Source: Bigelowiella natans CCMP2755 (taxonomy: Eukaryota; Protista; Cercozoa). From it: a stretch of DNA of 64,000 nucleotides. Shown here piece after piece: positions 1 through 14,328 of the stretch. The stretch is from positions 1-64,000 of the forward strand of contig ADNK01001386.1 in the NCBI GenBank assembly GCA_000320545.1. The letters are read 5' to 3'. Numbering within the stretch: the first letter of the stretch is position 1; the number at the start of each line of letters is the position of its first letter. The notes beneath the pieces are model-generated. The model saw only the letters and a program-made list of their open reading frames with translations. It did no database searches and was not told the origin of the DNA. A program made the position numbers and the translations under genes.

Positions 1-112
1 GTGTGTGTGTGTGTGTATGAGAATGTGTGGGTATCGATGTCGTCGTCGCTCTTTTTCTTCCCTTTCTCCTCCTGCTCCTTAATCATATGGTGACAACCAT
101 GTCACGCTGTAG

Positions 113-380
113 TCGCAAGGCAGCACCCCTCGTCGTCAATCAAGTAGCAGGCTGGGAATCAATTCCCCCCGGACAAGATCCAACGATGTAGTGTGATCAA
201 CAGATATGAGCAATTAAAAAAACGGATCCCTACGAATAGCAGCACTTTCCTGACCAAAACTTCGGTGTTCTTTTGCCCCCTACCACCATTGTTTGGAGTA
301 ATCATAAGCATTTGCTGCCACGTGTCTATCGTAGTAGCATATATCACCATCCACACCACAATATTTTCATCGCGTACAGG

Positions 381-415
<35 letters not shown>

Positions 416-545
416 TCTGTCTTGGTACCCTGAATCCCAACAATATGGCCTGAGAAAGAAACTTACTTGCTTATGCTCTTGCTGCTTCTGCCTTTCTATT
501 TGCGTCTTTTATTCTTCTGGGGATTTGGCTTTATTGTCTTTTACT

Positions 546-585
<40 letters not shown>

Positions 586-940
586 TGCACACACACACAC
601 ACACACATATGTTTTTATTTATTTATTTATATTTGGATTTATTACTATTTGGGATGGGAAAAGGAGAAGAATCGTCGCCGTAGCACTGCCTCCACACCTC
701 GAAATGGTGGTGCTGGCAGGGTACTTGTTTTTGGTTGTTTCCGTCATTCTCTTCCTCTCCTTCACAGTGTGAGGATTATAGTCCCTACCAACTTGGGAAG
801 ATTTAATATTTTTTTGCGGCGAGTCATAATCTTGAGTCATAATATTGTAAATGTGAATGATAACGTCGGATGTTGAATTCCAACGGCACAACTTCCGTGT
901 CGAAGAAGTACAAAAACCATTTGTGTCTTCAGTGTTGTTA

Positions 941-976
<36 letters not shown>

Positions 977-1184
977 ACATATAAATTGACACAAATGTAT
1001 TCAGTAAAATCCTTATGTTGAAGTTCTTCGGTGCCTCTTTCGCCACCACCCCTCCTCTCCCTCTCCCTACCTATCTATCTTTCGATTCATTTCAGCCGGG
1101 ATCGGTGTCTTCTTCTGGTGGGTCATCCTCCGCAAGGAGGACAACGGCACAGGCTAGCAAAGGGAGGAAGACGCCGGTATTATA

Positions 1185-1226
<42 letters not shown>

Positions 1227-1896
1227 GTAAGCAAAAAATTCATTTATTGAAATGAGAAGATGGTTCCAAGTTGCTCCCTTTCACTTCCTCTTTTTCTTCT
1301 TCTTCTTCTTTGACTCATTTTCCTTGCCTCGCCAGAGGAGTGGCGCGAACGACAAGAAAATAGCAGAGATGCAAGCCCGAATCGAGGTGGCTCTCACACA
1401 CCACGCACCTATGCCTTCTTAACTTGAGCGCTAAAGCACAGTAGGGGAGGGGGTTGCCCCACACCAAGCTCTTTTATAGACAACACATATCGATCATGCG
1501 ACTGCCATCTTACAGCAGCAGCAGCAGCAGCAGCAGCCCGCGCACAACTCCCTCCATAAATCTCTTCTCCATCATCATCTTCTTCTTCTTCTCCTTAGGA
1601 GCTTCAAGCAGAACTGAAGGACAAAAGTGATGAGCTGACAAAGAGGGAGGAGGCTTCAAGCAAGACGGGGGCGGGCCTCTTGTCCGAGCAGCATGAGCAG
1701 GAATTGGCAGAGCTTCGCAGCCAATTAGCAACCTCCCGAGAGTCTGTGATCAATCTCCAGAGAAACCTAGGAGATGCCGCCTCAGCAGCCAAGCATGCCC
1801 AGCGGTACCTTATAGTTCGTAGTAGATATTGATATGTGCATAATCGCACACACACACACACACGCACACACACACACAAATATGTATATACATATT

Positions 1897-1940
<44 letters not shown>

Positions 1941-2145
1941 ACATTATATCAGGGAGAAGGAAACGCTCCAACAGCAGCTCAGCGACGTGAAGAAAGTCAT
2001 CGAGGTCCGCACCGTAGGATTAGTAGGGGGGTGGAAGACTTCGAAGATGAATCTGATGATGATGATGATCAAAATATGCTGGATTTCTATGGCGCTGCTG
2101 TCGATCGTAGATTATGATATTAGTAGCAGCAGCAGATCACACCGA

Positions 2146-2189
<44 letters not shown>

Positions 2190-5100
2190 ACTCCCTCCCC
2201 CCTCTGACTTGACCAGGCTCAAGCTTCTGGCTCAGACCTATCATCTGAGCTGATCGCAGCGAAGACTGAGGCAGCTGAGCTGAGGAGGCAGATTCGAGAC
2301 ATGAATGAGGTCAAGCAAATCACCATCTCCCCTCCGAGTAACATCGTCGCGGCGCCTCCCTCAGCGCCTCCCAGCGATGCGCGGCTAAGACAGGTGGCAA
2401 ACAGTAGTGGAAGCTTTCATCGTCGTCAAATATTAATACACTTGTGATATATGCTTTCTTTTCCCCCCTCATTAGTATCATTATTAATAGTAATATTATT
2501 ATCATCATCATCATCATCATCCTTTGTGCAGGCACGAAGGCGGTCAGGGGGCGAAGAGCATCAGCAGCAGCAGCAACAACAACAGCCGCCACAGCCCCCC
2601 CCCACTAACGGGCGGCCACAAGAAACTCTCGCTCTCCCAGGATCATCAGGTGGTGGGCGACGAGGAGAAGAAGACGACGACGACGACCGAGACTACAGAG
2701 AACAACTAGAGGCCAAATACCAGGAGGCAAGAGCAACAATTAAGGAGCTGAGCGGGAAATTAGAAGCGACAGCCAAATTGCAAGCCAAGCTCGATGAGAC
2801 CTCAAAGCGCCTTTCTAGTGTCACAGAGGAACTCGAAGAGGCGAAGAAGAAGCACAGCGATACAGCAGCAGCAGCAGCAACAACAACAACAACAACAACA
2901 TCAAGCAACGACGGAGAAGACGGCAGGGCTGAGGCTCTCAGCGCCAAAGTCGAGGAACTCATGAAGCAGCTGGAAGATGCGCGGAGCAGGGCTGCTATGG
3001 CAGAGCAAGATGCGAAAAATGCAAGAGCTGCTGCTGCCGCTGCTGCTGCTGGCAACGAGGTTGGAAACGGAGAGGCACAGAGGCAGCAGATAGAACGACT
3101 TTCAGCGAAGATAGAGGCTTTGCAGGATGTCGAGGAGCTTTCCCTTGAGCTGGAACAGAAGATAGAGGATATGCAGGCCGAAGCAATGGCAAAACAGTCT
3201 GAGATCGACCAACTCATACAGGCCAAACGTAAGAATGTAGCAGCAGTAGCAGCAGCACTTACAAGTAGCTTTAGCAGCAGAGCAGCTAGTAGCTCAGCCG
3301 TAGAGCATGCTGGAGGTTTAGAAGGGTGTTTGATGTGGTGGCAGTGATGGGAAGGGGGCCATTGTGTAGTGCTGATGTTGATGGATTATATAGATGAGGA
3401 GGAGGAGGGTGAGGTTGGTGGGGGGGGGGGGGGGGAAGTTTGTATTCGCTTGCCTCGTAAAACTTGGTCTCATCTTCGCTGACGACGACGACGGCGTTGC
3501 AATACATGTCGATGTTTTTTTAGGCAAGCTAGAAGATACCGTCCAAGGACACCAGACGGAGCTCAAGGCGAGAGACGAAGAGCTTGCTTCGTTGAGAGAG
3601 GATCTTAAGAAGCAAAAATCAATCGTCCAGGACCTCCCACCGAGTGGCGGCGAAGATGACAACGCCACGAGAGAGAAGGTCGCGGCAGAGTACGAGGACA
3701 AGATTACGGCTCTGAAGAAAGACTCGAGCACCGCGCTGAAACGGCTCCAGAGGGAGAAGGAGGCGGCTCAGCAGGACCTCGACGAGAACAAACGGCGCCT
3801 TGACCACGTGGCGGGCAACCTGGAGAAGATCAATGCTCTTTTCCACGAGGAACAAAAGAAAACCGAGAGCCTTGAGAAGCTGCATACGGCAGCTGACACC
3901 GAGTGCAAGCAGCTTCGTGAGCTCCTTGAAATCGAGAAGCTGGAGAAGGAAGAGGTAGGACTCAACCTCGAGGAGAAAGAGGAGGAGCTTGCCAGCATCG
4001 CCCAGCAGCTCCAGATGGTGTCCAAGACCAACGCCGAGCTCAAAACCCAGCTCCAATCCGTGAAAACCGACGTCATCAGCTCCATGCCCGAGGGCGAGCG
4101 CGCCTCTGCAGAGATGGCGGAGAAGAACAAGCAGCTGACCGACGCCTTGGTTACCTTGAGGGATGTCACCAACGAGCAGATTGAGGCCTTGGAGGCGCAG
4201 GTCAAGGAGCTGACGGAGGACAACGAGGCGTTAGGCAAGGAACAGCAGAACGTAGAGGAGCTAGAGAACTCCCTGCAAGACGCCACGGAGCAGGTGACCG
4301 AGCTCCAGGCTGAGCTCGAGGAGTACGGAATGATGGACGAAACCGTGGAGAAGCTGCAGGAGAAGGTCACCGCCCTGGAGGATGCTTTGGAGAAGGAGAG
4401 GGAGACCAACAAAGGCCTGCAGTCGCTCGTCGAGGCCAACGACGAGATGGAGGAGTCCCACATGGAGATCGAGAAGGAGCTGCAGGACGAGATCGCCGAG
4501 AAGGAGGCGGCGTTAGACGCGGTGGAGAAACGAGTGAAGAAGATGGCGACCGCCCAGAAGGAAAACCAGCAGACAATCGGCAACTTTCGCTCTCTCGTAG
4601 CCGACCTCCAGGACGAGAATAAGGCGCTAAAGATGCGCGTGGGGGCGATCTCCACCAAGAGCAAGCTCCAGCTGGCGAAGGTCCATGACGCCATGTCACG
4701 CAATCTTAAGCTGCAGGCTGTCGTGTCAGAGGCGCGAGTCCGCACGTCAGCCTACCACATTGCCAGTATGAAGGCCAACCAGGCCGAGCAGTACGCGCAG
4801 TTTGTGCAGGCGTACGTGCCCCCCTCCATCGAGGTCAATCAGAAGGTCTTCTCGCTGTTGGCGTTATTGGAGAGGCTCAGATTCACCTCCACCCTCATCG
4901 GAGCTATGCTGAATCAATACCATGGGCTGAAGGCACCCATCTTCGACGCCGATATGGCCAACATGGCGTACCGCGCGTGTGCAGCGACCGTGGACATCAG
5001 CGAGGCGGTGCTCGGCATCTCCCATAAGATACAGGCCTGCGACGACCTTGCGCTCCAAGCGATCGTGAGCCGGTCCTCTGCCATGCGCATCGTTGAGAAG

Positions 5101-7437
5101 GCTTTGATCGCCTTTCTGGACAAGGTCACCCATGACAAGCTCAGTATCGAGACGCCGCTTGAGCCTCTCTCGAGGGCTGTGGAGGACCTCAAATCCTACG
5201 ACGCCAAGTACCTCGGATCCGTTCAGGTCAAGAGCACTGCTGGCGTGCAGCTGCGTATCTTCCGCCTGGAGGCGTTGCGAGCGCACTATGACCACCTCCG
5301 CATCGTGGCGCAGGCCAAGCAGGTGTCGGACTTGCTCGAGGTCGTCAAGAGTGACCAGCTGGTCGGGGAGGGCGAAGGGGGGGGGGGGCGGGAGGAAGAG
5401 GAGAAGATGAAGGAAAGCAAGGAGCGGAAGGACGGCCGCGGGGAAGGGGGAGAGAAGATGGAGGAAGAGGAAATGGACATGAAGTCTTTGGCTAGCATTC
5501 GTCTTTTTGAGAAGATTCTGTCCAACCACCGCGCCTTGGAGAGCCTGTCGGCGAAGCTCCTCCACACACTTACCGTGACTGATGCTTTGCCTCCTCCTAA
5601 AGCACAAGCTGCTGCTGCTGACAGCGGCTCTGGGATGTCGTTGTTTCCTCGAGAAGAAGTGGCAAAGTCTACAGCGGTAGTATGCGACGACGAAGACCTT
5701 GAAGAAGATAGATAGATGATGCTCATGAAGGACTATGATATGTCAATCTCTCCCCTTTGCGCTGCCCTTCTCCTCTTTCCCCTCCCCCCCCCCCCCCTCC
5801 CCTTCTTTTTCTGAGACCGTGCCACTCGTCAGGTCTGCCAACGGGTCGTGACGAAGCTCCACCTTGCACTAGAGAATATGCTCAGCCCTGAAGTTGACCA
5901 ACAGGCAGCAGCAACCGGTAGCATCGGCATGAGCAGCAGCGGCGGTCTTCGTGGCGCCCAAATGCGACAACACGTCGCAGGTATGATTGCAGGAGATCTG
6001 GAGGAGTTTAAGGTAGCAGTGCAATCCATCTACCGAGAGCTGAGTCGGCTGGTCAATAGCTACAGTCCCAAAAGCACCAGCAATAGTAGTAGTAGTAGTA
6101 GTAGTAGTAGTAGGACCAGCGATGCCGCCTCCAGCAGCAGCAATGCGAAAGCAAGTGGGGGGGGAGGGCTTATTGTATGCAATAAATTCATTGCTCCGGA
6201 AAGCACATCTATGGATGATCCTACGGAGGAAGGAGGAGGAGGAGGAGAGGAAGCAGAGGAGGGGGGGGAAAGGAAAGAAGCCAAGGTCTGCTGGCTGGCA
6301 CATGCGGAGGAGATAAGGCGCGAACTCGACGAGATCTCAGGTCAGCAGAAGGAGCTCAAGACAGCCCGCCAGACGCTCGAGGACAACAACATGACGATCT
6401 TCCACCTGAGGAAGGAGGTGCAGGCCAAGCTGACGAAGAACCAGGTGCTGACCGACCAGATCGCCCTGCTGCAGGACCGTGCAGGGAACGTGGAGAACCT
6501 CCAGGTGGAGATAAACAGCTTACAATCCAAGATCAGAACCCGCGACAGCCGCATTGCCAAGGTCTCTGAGGAATTCAACGGGCTGAAAGGGGAGAACCAG
6601 AAGCTAAGGCAGACGCTCAAGGAGGAGCGAAAGAAGCGAAGCAGATATCAGCCTCGAAGGCACATGGAGACGGGGGGGGGGAGGATGATGGCTCCCGAGG
6701 AGGCCCAGGCGGAGATCCAGCTTCTCAGGGCTACGATTGAGCATCTGCAGAGAGAGTCAGTAAACTGAAACGACGACTTGCTTGTTGTTGAGAGAGAGAG
6801 TTTTTAGTACACGTAGTAGACATCATGAATGAACAAGCAGCAGCAGCAGCAGCAGCACACTGGAGGGGGGGGAGGGGGGGAGGGATTATATACACAATGA
6901 CATTAGTAATAATGGCACAGCAGCAAGATTGTCAACGTCACGTTCCTACCACGATTTTTTCCAACATTTTCCTCCAGCTACCAAGCTACTACAGTATCTC
7001 AATGTCATCATTATCATTATATTGCCTAGGTACAACACATTCAAGTGGAAAGAGACCACAGCCAGTTTGAAGCGAGATTTGCCTCCGTTACCGACGTTTG
7101 CCCGGGACCGTCTTGGACTGGGCGTAGATCCGTCAAACAGCGCTAGCAGCATAGGCAGAGAGCTCAAACAGCTTGCATCGCAGGTATTATTGCTATTCTA
7201 ATCGACGTTGGTGGTGATGGTGGTGATGCTTGCCTTGCCAATCAGCTCTGACGGTAACACAATATAATACATAGGTGCTAAGCTACCGATCGTGCCCGAA
7301 ACTGGTGGATCTTTCCGGGGGGGGGGCGTCGCAGGAGTGGTTGAAGCACATGACATCCATAAGGAAACTAGGCCGCCAGGCTCGCGATATCCAGGTGGCG
7401 TGCATTGATTATTCATTATTCATTCGACGTCGCAAAA

Positions 7438-7484
<47 letters not shown>

Positions 7485-7840
7485 GAACACTCCTACTATC
7501 ATATGATGAAACACGACAGCACGCTACTGCAATGTGGTAGGAGTAGGAGGCATGCTGATGCTGCTGCTGATGCCGCCTCAATCGATTTCATCGTTCTGTT
7601 TTAATTTTGCTTTTTGGGGGAAATGAATCCTATTTTTAGCGGCGACTGCAGCAAGCTGGAGAGCCTGTTGAGGCCTCGAATTGGGGTAGCAAGATCCAGC
7701 CAACACCAAACGCGCGACTCGTAGGTCGCGTGACCCTCCCGTGTTTGCCGAATCTACAGATGACCACGAGCGAACCTCAGCGCGTCTACTTGACTGGAAG
7801 TCAAATGGCGGAGATATGCCAGCCGCTCATGGCGTGGTAG
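113..7840 (+). CDS. DCTN1: Dynactin subunit 1 (p150Glued)-like protein; multi-exon, 5' end probably upstream of the window
   Basis: Large exon ~3524-5676 encodes NKQLTDALVTLRD...LVEANDEMEESHMEIEKELQDEI...QQTIGNFRSLVADLQDEN, matching the p150 CC1/dynactin domain. Last exon ~7640-7840 ends VGRVTLPCL...QRVYLTGSQMAEICQPLMAW*, like the p150 C-terminus. Upstream coiled-coil exons with GT-AG borders lie at ~1599-1804 and 2532-3228. No CAP-Gly domain is seen in the window. Confidence 0.85.
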
Positions 7841-9090
7841 TCGTGGAGCGACGCGTACAATTATGAGAGGGGAAATTAGAAGGAATGCGATTTATTGACC
7901 ACCAGCGGCTAGTTCTCATTCCGCTGGAGGGTCGCATTACTCCGCCGGTTGTACTTCATACTTGGCGACCTTTGTCGCGGTGGGATGCGGTGCTACTGCG
8001 TAGTATCTCAGCGCTACATCTTAGAAGTATAGTGCGAACGCAATCCATGCATGTAAAAATTTATTAGAAACCGTATGAAGAAGTAGAGGAAGAACGTACA
8101 CGTCCACACCGATACCTGCTGCTGATAGATGCCGAATCCTGAAGATGCTGATGATGCATGCGATTGACTGTGTCTAGTAAAAAACGTGCAAATAAGCAGC
8201 GGCAGAAACGACAATGAATAAGGCATTCGATTTGTCGAATCGCAATGCGTCACGCTAGCTAGCTAGCATGTGTGCATGTAAGCACATTGGAGCATGCTAG
8301 AATGGCTAGATGGCATTGTGATGCTACGACACCGCAAACAAAAATGCGTTACGTCCGGCCAGGGATTATAGGGATGTCTAGATGTGCACGCTAGCACATG
8401 CGTAGAACTCACTCAAGCATGCGTGCGCTACATCTAGTATATCACTACCATCTGTGACAGCTTGCTAGCCACATGATAGCATGCTAGCATGCACATGAAT
8501 CAACAATATATAAAATATATACCTTTCATTGTCATCTGTTGTGACTGGCAAGCTAGCAAGTTGCATGAAAAACAAAAAAGATAACATCTCTAGATCTGTC
8601 ACACATCTCTAGATCGATCGCCAGGCTAGCAGGCACACATCTACACTAGTACACGTTGTTGTGTATAGAATATGTGCATATTTAGCTAGCTAAATGTATC
8701 TGCTATGGCGAAATAAGCCAGAAATGAGATTAATAAGCACCCGTGCTACCGTGGTGACAAACATGTGCATGTCATTTCAGTGATGAGTCTTACTAAAGAT
8801 AGCTATTTGCGGTCGCGGCTACAGCAGCGCTAATAACTGTTGCGGTTGCATCTACGGGATGACGTATCTAGATATGTTACAAGTATAAATAATAATTATA
8901 AAGACTTGGCTGTACGCCTAGTAGTCGATAGCAGTTATCCATCTAGCAACGTGCTGGACATCATCCGCTTACTGATTCTCATTAGCTACACGAGGCATGT
9001 AGTGCTTGCCATGAGATGTTCATGTCCGCTAATCCTAGCGAACGTTATCTAGCCATGAAGTAAAGAGCCACATGTGTGGAGTAGCGTGTA

Positions 9091-9122
<32 letters not shown>

Positions 9123-9181
9123 TATACATGTTAATAGTACATAATTGATCATCCATGCACACAACAGCATCTTGAGCATCC

Positions 9182-9741
9182 TCAAAGATTCAGATGTTTA
9201 CGCAAATGGCCTTCTAAGCTTCCCCTAGATGCCGCGAAAATAGGGAGCTCATCTAGGTTGCGAGGTTTCCAGAACGCCACAATGCATTCGTATAGTTGTC
9301 CAACTGTGACCTAACATCGTGTTCGATCCGTGCACAAACGATTATTCTACTTATTTCGTCAAGTTGCTGCAATTGAGACAGAAGTAAAAGTAAGTCACAC
9401 AACTACCTTCGCTTTCAGCAGGTCTCGATGCATTCTGGTAAACTGCGTTTCGCATCTTGCACAACGACCCCACAATATGCAACACACAGCATTCACATTT
9501 GGAAAGTTACACGAAACTGCACGTCATCACGCTATCGGATTGTACGCGGTGGCGATGTCGCACTGCTAGAAACGACAGTCTTATGTTGATGTGGATGCCT
9601 GATTTCACGAAGACGACGGTTAGGACAGCGACTTACTTTTTGTTTCCAAAGGTCGAGAAGTGGAGCTTCCTATCAACCTGTGCAGCTGCCATAGCCTTTG
9701 GCAGCACAACACGTAAAGTTACGGTATATTCGGTATACATA

Positions 9742-9785
<44 letters not shown>

Positions 9786-10860
9786 ATATATGTATGTATT
9801 GCTAACACATTGCCACTATTTCCAGAATCATGGGCCACCAAAAACCGGATGGCCCACCGAAAGCTGAGAATAGCCTTATATTTTTATTGAAAAAAGTGAA
9901 CGCCGCCGATAAATGCCATCCACGGAGACTAGCAGCAAAGCCTTTGCTCAAAGCTGCTTTGATTTTTAGTTTTTCTTTCTACTACTACTATACTCCTACC
10001 ACTACCTGCTGAAGATACTTCAGCAGAGGGTCGCCCATAAACACACCACAACCCCACATTCCTGTGGAGATCGGCCCGGTCAGCCGCTTGCTCTCGAAAC
10101 CTAAGAAGAGGACAATAAGAACACACAACACAACGAGCACAGCAGCAGCAGCAGCACTCGGCAATGATAAGGAAATGCTTGCATCTTGGGAGCAGCCTCT
10201 GGGCTGCACATGTCGGATAACTTCTTAGATGGGAATTGGGGGTGTCAATGCCATCATTTCTTCGTTATTTCTATGGATGATGATGTCTGGAAACTCGTCT
10301 TCTTCGCGAGGTTTTTGTCTACTACCCCCTCCAAATCCGAGCCAGGCTTTGTTGAGGTCTCGATTAAGGCTGCGCCTCTTGAATTGCTTCATGCCGTGGT
10401 TTACGACCGCATCTATTGCAATTACCTCCGGGGGGGGGAGAAGAATCTCTGCTGAGCGTCCTTCTACTTCTCCTCCTGATTTCTCTTCCGCTACCCCCCC
10501 CCCTCCCTTTCCTCCTCCTCCTCTAGTCTTAATCTCTTTACCATACTGAATGAGATATGGGGAATCGCCCAGAAACTTGAACGTGTTTAGGTAGCCTGTG
10601 TACTCAGAGTAGGGTCGAGCTCCGCGCATGAGAGCAACTTCTTCCTCACCAAGCATTGGGCAGATCTATTCGTTGCGTTTTTTATTTAAGTGAGGGGGGG
10701 GGGGGGAGGGGATAGAGGAGAGTTGCTTAAAGAATCTCGGACAGCGATTACAGAGAGTAGTGTCAAATGAAAACGTATCATCCTCACATGTACACATATT
10801 ACAAGGAGGAGAAGAATGTCGGTTGCAACCGTTTTTGGACAAAGCCATGTCTATATTCGG

Positions 10861-10899
<39 letters not shown>

Positions 10900-11282
10900 C
10901 TTGTTCTACTATTACTACTACTGCTACTACTGCTACTACTATTACAGCTGTCCTACCAACATGCTGAGCTTTAAGACTGGTCTACAAGAAAACATCACTT
11001 CCTCTTGCGTACACGACTCTATCATTTGAAATATTTGGAGTCTGAGGAAACGGCAGAAGAAGAAGAAGAAGAAGAAGAAGAAGAAGAAGAAGAAGAAGAA
11101 AGAGGCAGATGTGATCGGATATCATCACTTTTCTCTACCCGACAAAATTATATTGACCTTTTGTTAGCAAAGTCTACGATTCCTTCAGCTCCAGACTCCA
11201 TATCTTCGATCTTATGATGGGTGATTGCAGCAAAGGGAAGGAGAAAAAGAACGAAAATAAAGAAGTAGACCAAACAGGGGGG

Positions 11283-11323
<41 letters not shown>

Positions 11324-12616
11324 TGGAAAAAGTTGAGGCATTTATTTCCGAATAGTATGTACTTATACTTGTCCGCTTTTAGCTGTGTGCATGATTGTGT
11401 GCGTGTCTGCGTGTATCTGACGTGTGGTGTTCGAGTTGAGTGTACCCTGTGCATTTGACTAAACTTTGCCTCATTTAATGTCTTTGTTGACTTGCTCCAG
11501 TCAACACGTTCACTTTCAGGAAGGGTTCTCCTCTCGTACGTGATTTCCTCCTGCCATGAAACAAGATGTGGTGTGAAAGAAAGAAGCGATGGTTTTGCGA
11601 GCCAATGGCTCCTGTCAATGGTACCACATCTCCTTCTCCCATCCTCCTCTTTTTATTCATTTACTCATTCATCAATATCGATGCTCACACACCGTTTCTG
11701 GATATGTCCCTTTTGCCTCGTGGTAAAAGTAGTTCAGTAGGCATTTCGTGCGCTCGATGCCTTCAGCACCGGGATGAGCATATATGAGATGGAACTTCAA
11801 GGAACCAAGCAGCCTTCCCTGCATACGTGAGATGGTATGATAACATATTCCTCTTATAAGATTGTATGATTGAAATGCCATATTGGGACTTTCTCACCCA
11901 CCTCCTCGTCGCCATCAGGGAGCGCAAGGAAGAACGCTAAGGCGAGCATGTGCCTCGCCTGCCGTGTAGATATCGTGCAAGAAACATCGGTTTCGGCCTT
12001 CAAGATTCGCATCTTTCGCACTTCAGATGCGTCAGTAGCCCTGAGACACATAATGTCAGATTGAGGAAGCAGCAAATTCGAGTACGATACATCGATAATA
12101 ACCCTAATGATGTCCGCTTGTGTTACCAGGTTACAATCTTCGGAAGAATGGATTCGTAGAATTTAAACCCACGCCCAGATTTCTAAGCGTCATAAAGATA
12201 TAATCCCCGAAGCAGTACACATTGATTATAAAAACACATATACACAAACACACACGAAGACAAACGTATTCCAGAAAAGAAGCTCGGGGGACCCACCTCC
12301 ATCCATTTAATGGCAGCGAAAAGACCGTTTAGGCTGATCTTCCCAAGACTTTTGTGCACATGTTCGCTACATTCGTGCATGACTTTACTTAGAGCCTCCT
12401 CATTCGAAGGTCCCCCATCCCGCCCGATTATCTTCGATAGTTTGGACCTGTAGTTGCCAATCAGTGCGGAAAAACCTTACTGAATTTGCCAGAAACTGAG
12501 TCAGTGGATTTTCTTACAAACCAGTATTTCTCCCCCCGATGACAAGGAGGGAGATAAAATTCGGGAAGGCCAGAGGTCTGCTGGCCTGCTGCCTGGGATG
12601 GTGCTTTTGCCTCCAT
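9182..12616 (-). CDS. PARG: Poly(ADP-ribose) glycohydrolase (macrodomain PARG), multi-exon
   Basis: Spliced motifs in order: LPPCH..YW (start MEAKAP at 12616), ERTKCLLNYF, KIED..GIVDFANK, CTQEEVMF, GARPYSEYTGY, VIAIDAV..QF..RDLNKAWLGF, ISTGMWGCGVFMGD, AAAQVDRKLHFSTFG, VTVGQLY; stop at 9182-9184. Confidence 0.85.
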
Positions 12617-13002
12617 TGGCGAATTCTCAATTCGGCTCTGATCTTTCTTCTGAAGAAAGTTCCAAGACTTTTCCTGGCTGATCGGTTGGGTCGGGCTCCT
12701 TTTGGGTCAAAAGCACGGGCGCAACCTGGGAAGGAATATTTATGAGAATGTCCTGTAATTTAGTGGAAAATTAGGTAAGGCAGCGTGCGATGTCGATGAA
12801 TCGGAGGTTTCGGCGATTATGATCGAATTAAATCGTTGTGCAGTACAAATAGGAAAAAGACTATAGTCTATCCCTGCGACAACGAAGACCTCCAGTCGCT
12901 GTTGAATAATTAGTGCTTTAATGGCCCGCAGCCTCAACCCGACCACTTAACACATACTCATTGTTCGAACTGAAGAGAGGGGGATACTGATAGACTTGCA
13001 CC

Positions 13003-14328
13003 ATGCCCAAGGAGAAAAGAAGGAAAAAACGTCAACGCCATGATCCTCTGCTTAAGCAGATGACCCAAGATCCTGGCTACCTCCGGAAGCCGAAGAAGCC
13101 GGATGGCGTAGATGATTTCGATGATGGAGACGACGTTAAGGACCAGAAAATGGAGAGCAATTGGGTAACAAAGAGGGTTCTCGAAAACGTCCGGGAGCAA
13201 CAGCTAGAAATCGCTCGCGAGGAGGGTAGAGTCGAAGCGAATGGAGAAAAGGCGACCACGGGGCAGGAACCAAGTGCACGCAGAAACGAGGATTCTGATG
13301 ACGAGATGTTAGACGAGAATCATGAAGACGATGAATACGAGGAAATTGAGGTCTCACCAGAGGACGAAAGAATGTTATCCATGTTCATGTCTGATTCCAA
13401 ATCGAAAAGGCGAACTCTAGCAGACATCATCATGGAGAAGATTGCCGAGCATGAGGCGATGATCAAGGCAAAAGGGAGCGAAGCTGTCGCAGCAGCAAAC
13501 CAGATTCCAGATAAAGTGAGAGATGTATATTCGCGTGTCGGACAATTTCTTTCACATTACACAAGTGGAAAAGTGCCAAAGGTTTTCAAGATCATTCCAA
13601 ATATGAGGAATTGGGAGGACGTGTTGGCACTCACCAGCCCTGAAAACTGGACTTCCCAAGCTATGTTCATTGCAACTCGAATGTTTGCTTCTAGCACCTC
13701 GGAAAGAGTAGCTCAGAAATTTTATATGCTGGTGTTATTACCAAGGATTCGTCAGGATATTGAGAGCCACAAACGACTCAACTACCACCTGTATCGCTCA
13801 GTGAAAAAGGCCATCTTTAAACCTACGGCCTTCTTCAGGGGCTTGCTTCTTCCCATGGCCATGGACTGCTGTACGCTGCGTGAGGCTGTGATAATGTGTT
13901 CAATATTGAGCAAGTGCTCAATTCCTGTATTATATGCGTCAGTTGCCATGATGAAATTGGCAGTGATGAAATACGAAGGTACCCAGACACTATTCCTGAA
14001 GACTCTCTTGAGCAAGAAGTATAACCTTCCTTTCCAAGTCATCAAGGCCCTGATGCAACATTTCATGGGATTTTCAGAGGAGACTCGTCGACTCCCGGTG
14101 GTATGGCATCAATGCCTGCTTGTCTTCGTGCAAAGGTACAAAAAAAGTTTGACCTCGAAGCAAATAAGGAAAATCCGCACACTTTCCCGAAAGCAGCAAC
14201 ACCATATGATAAGTATAGAGATCCGCCGAGAACTGGCTTCAGTTGCTGACAAAGAGCTCCAATCAATGGATTTTGGAAGCGCAGGAAGACGATCTAGATC
14301 TGGATCTATCAAAATGAGCACAGAGTAG
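13003..14328 (+). CDS. BYSL: Bystin / Enp1 (40S ribosome biogenesis factor), intronless
   Basis: 441-aa ORF with RTLADIIMEKI, YTSGKVPKVFKIIP, LNYHLYRSVKKAIFKP and LPVVWHQCLLVFVQRYK, all typical of bystin. Confidence 0.95.
   Translation: MPKEKRRKKRQRHDPLLKQMTQDPGYLRKPKKPDGVDDFDDGDDVKDQKMESNWVTKRVLENVREQQLEIAREEGRVEANGEKATTGQEPSARRNEDSDDEMLDENHEDDEYEEIEVSPEDERMLSMFMSDSKSKRRTLADIIMEKIAEHEAMIKAKGSEAVAAANQIPDKVRDVYSRVGQFLSHYTSGKVPKVFKIIPNMRNWEDVLALTSPENWTSQAMFIATRMFASSTSERVAQKFYMLVLLPRIRQDIESHKRLNYHLYRSVKKAIFKPTAFFRGLLLPMAMDCCTLREAVIMCSILSKCSIPVLYASVAMMKLAVMKYEGTQTLFLKTLLSKKYNLPFQVIKALMQHFMGFSEETRRLPVVWHQCLLVFVQRYKKSLTSKQIRKIRTLSRKQQHHMISIEIRRELASVADKELQSMDFGSAGRRSRSGSIKMSTE

Noticed and set aside
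159-2253. Short ORFs with IYIYIY, CVCVCV, HTHTHT or LSLSLS runs (here and throughout the window)
   Set aside because: They are translations of intronic dinucleotide microsatellites, not proteins.
3619-5726. Long antisense ORFs (up to 325 aa) opposite DCTN1
   Set aside because: Shadow frames expected from GC3-rich, Glu/Lys-rich coding; Ser/Leu-rich with no motifs.
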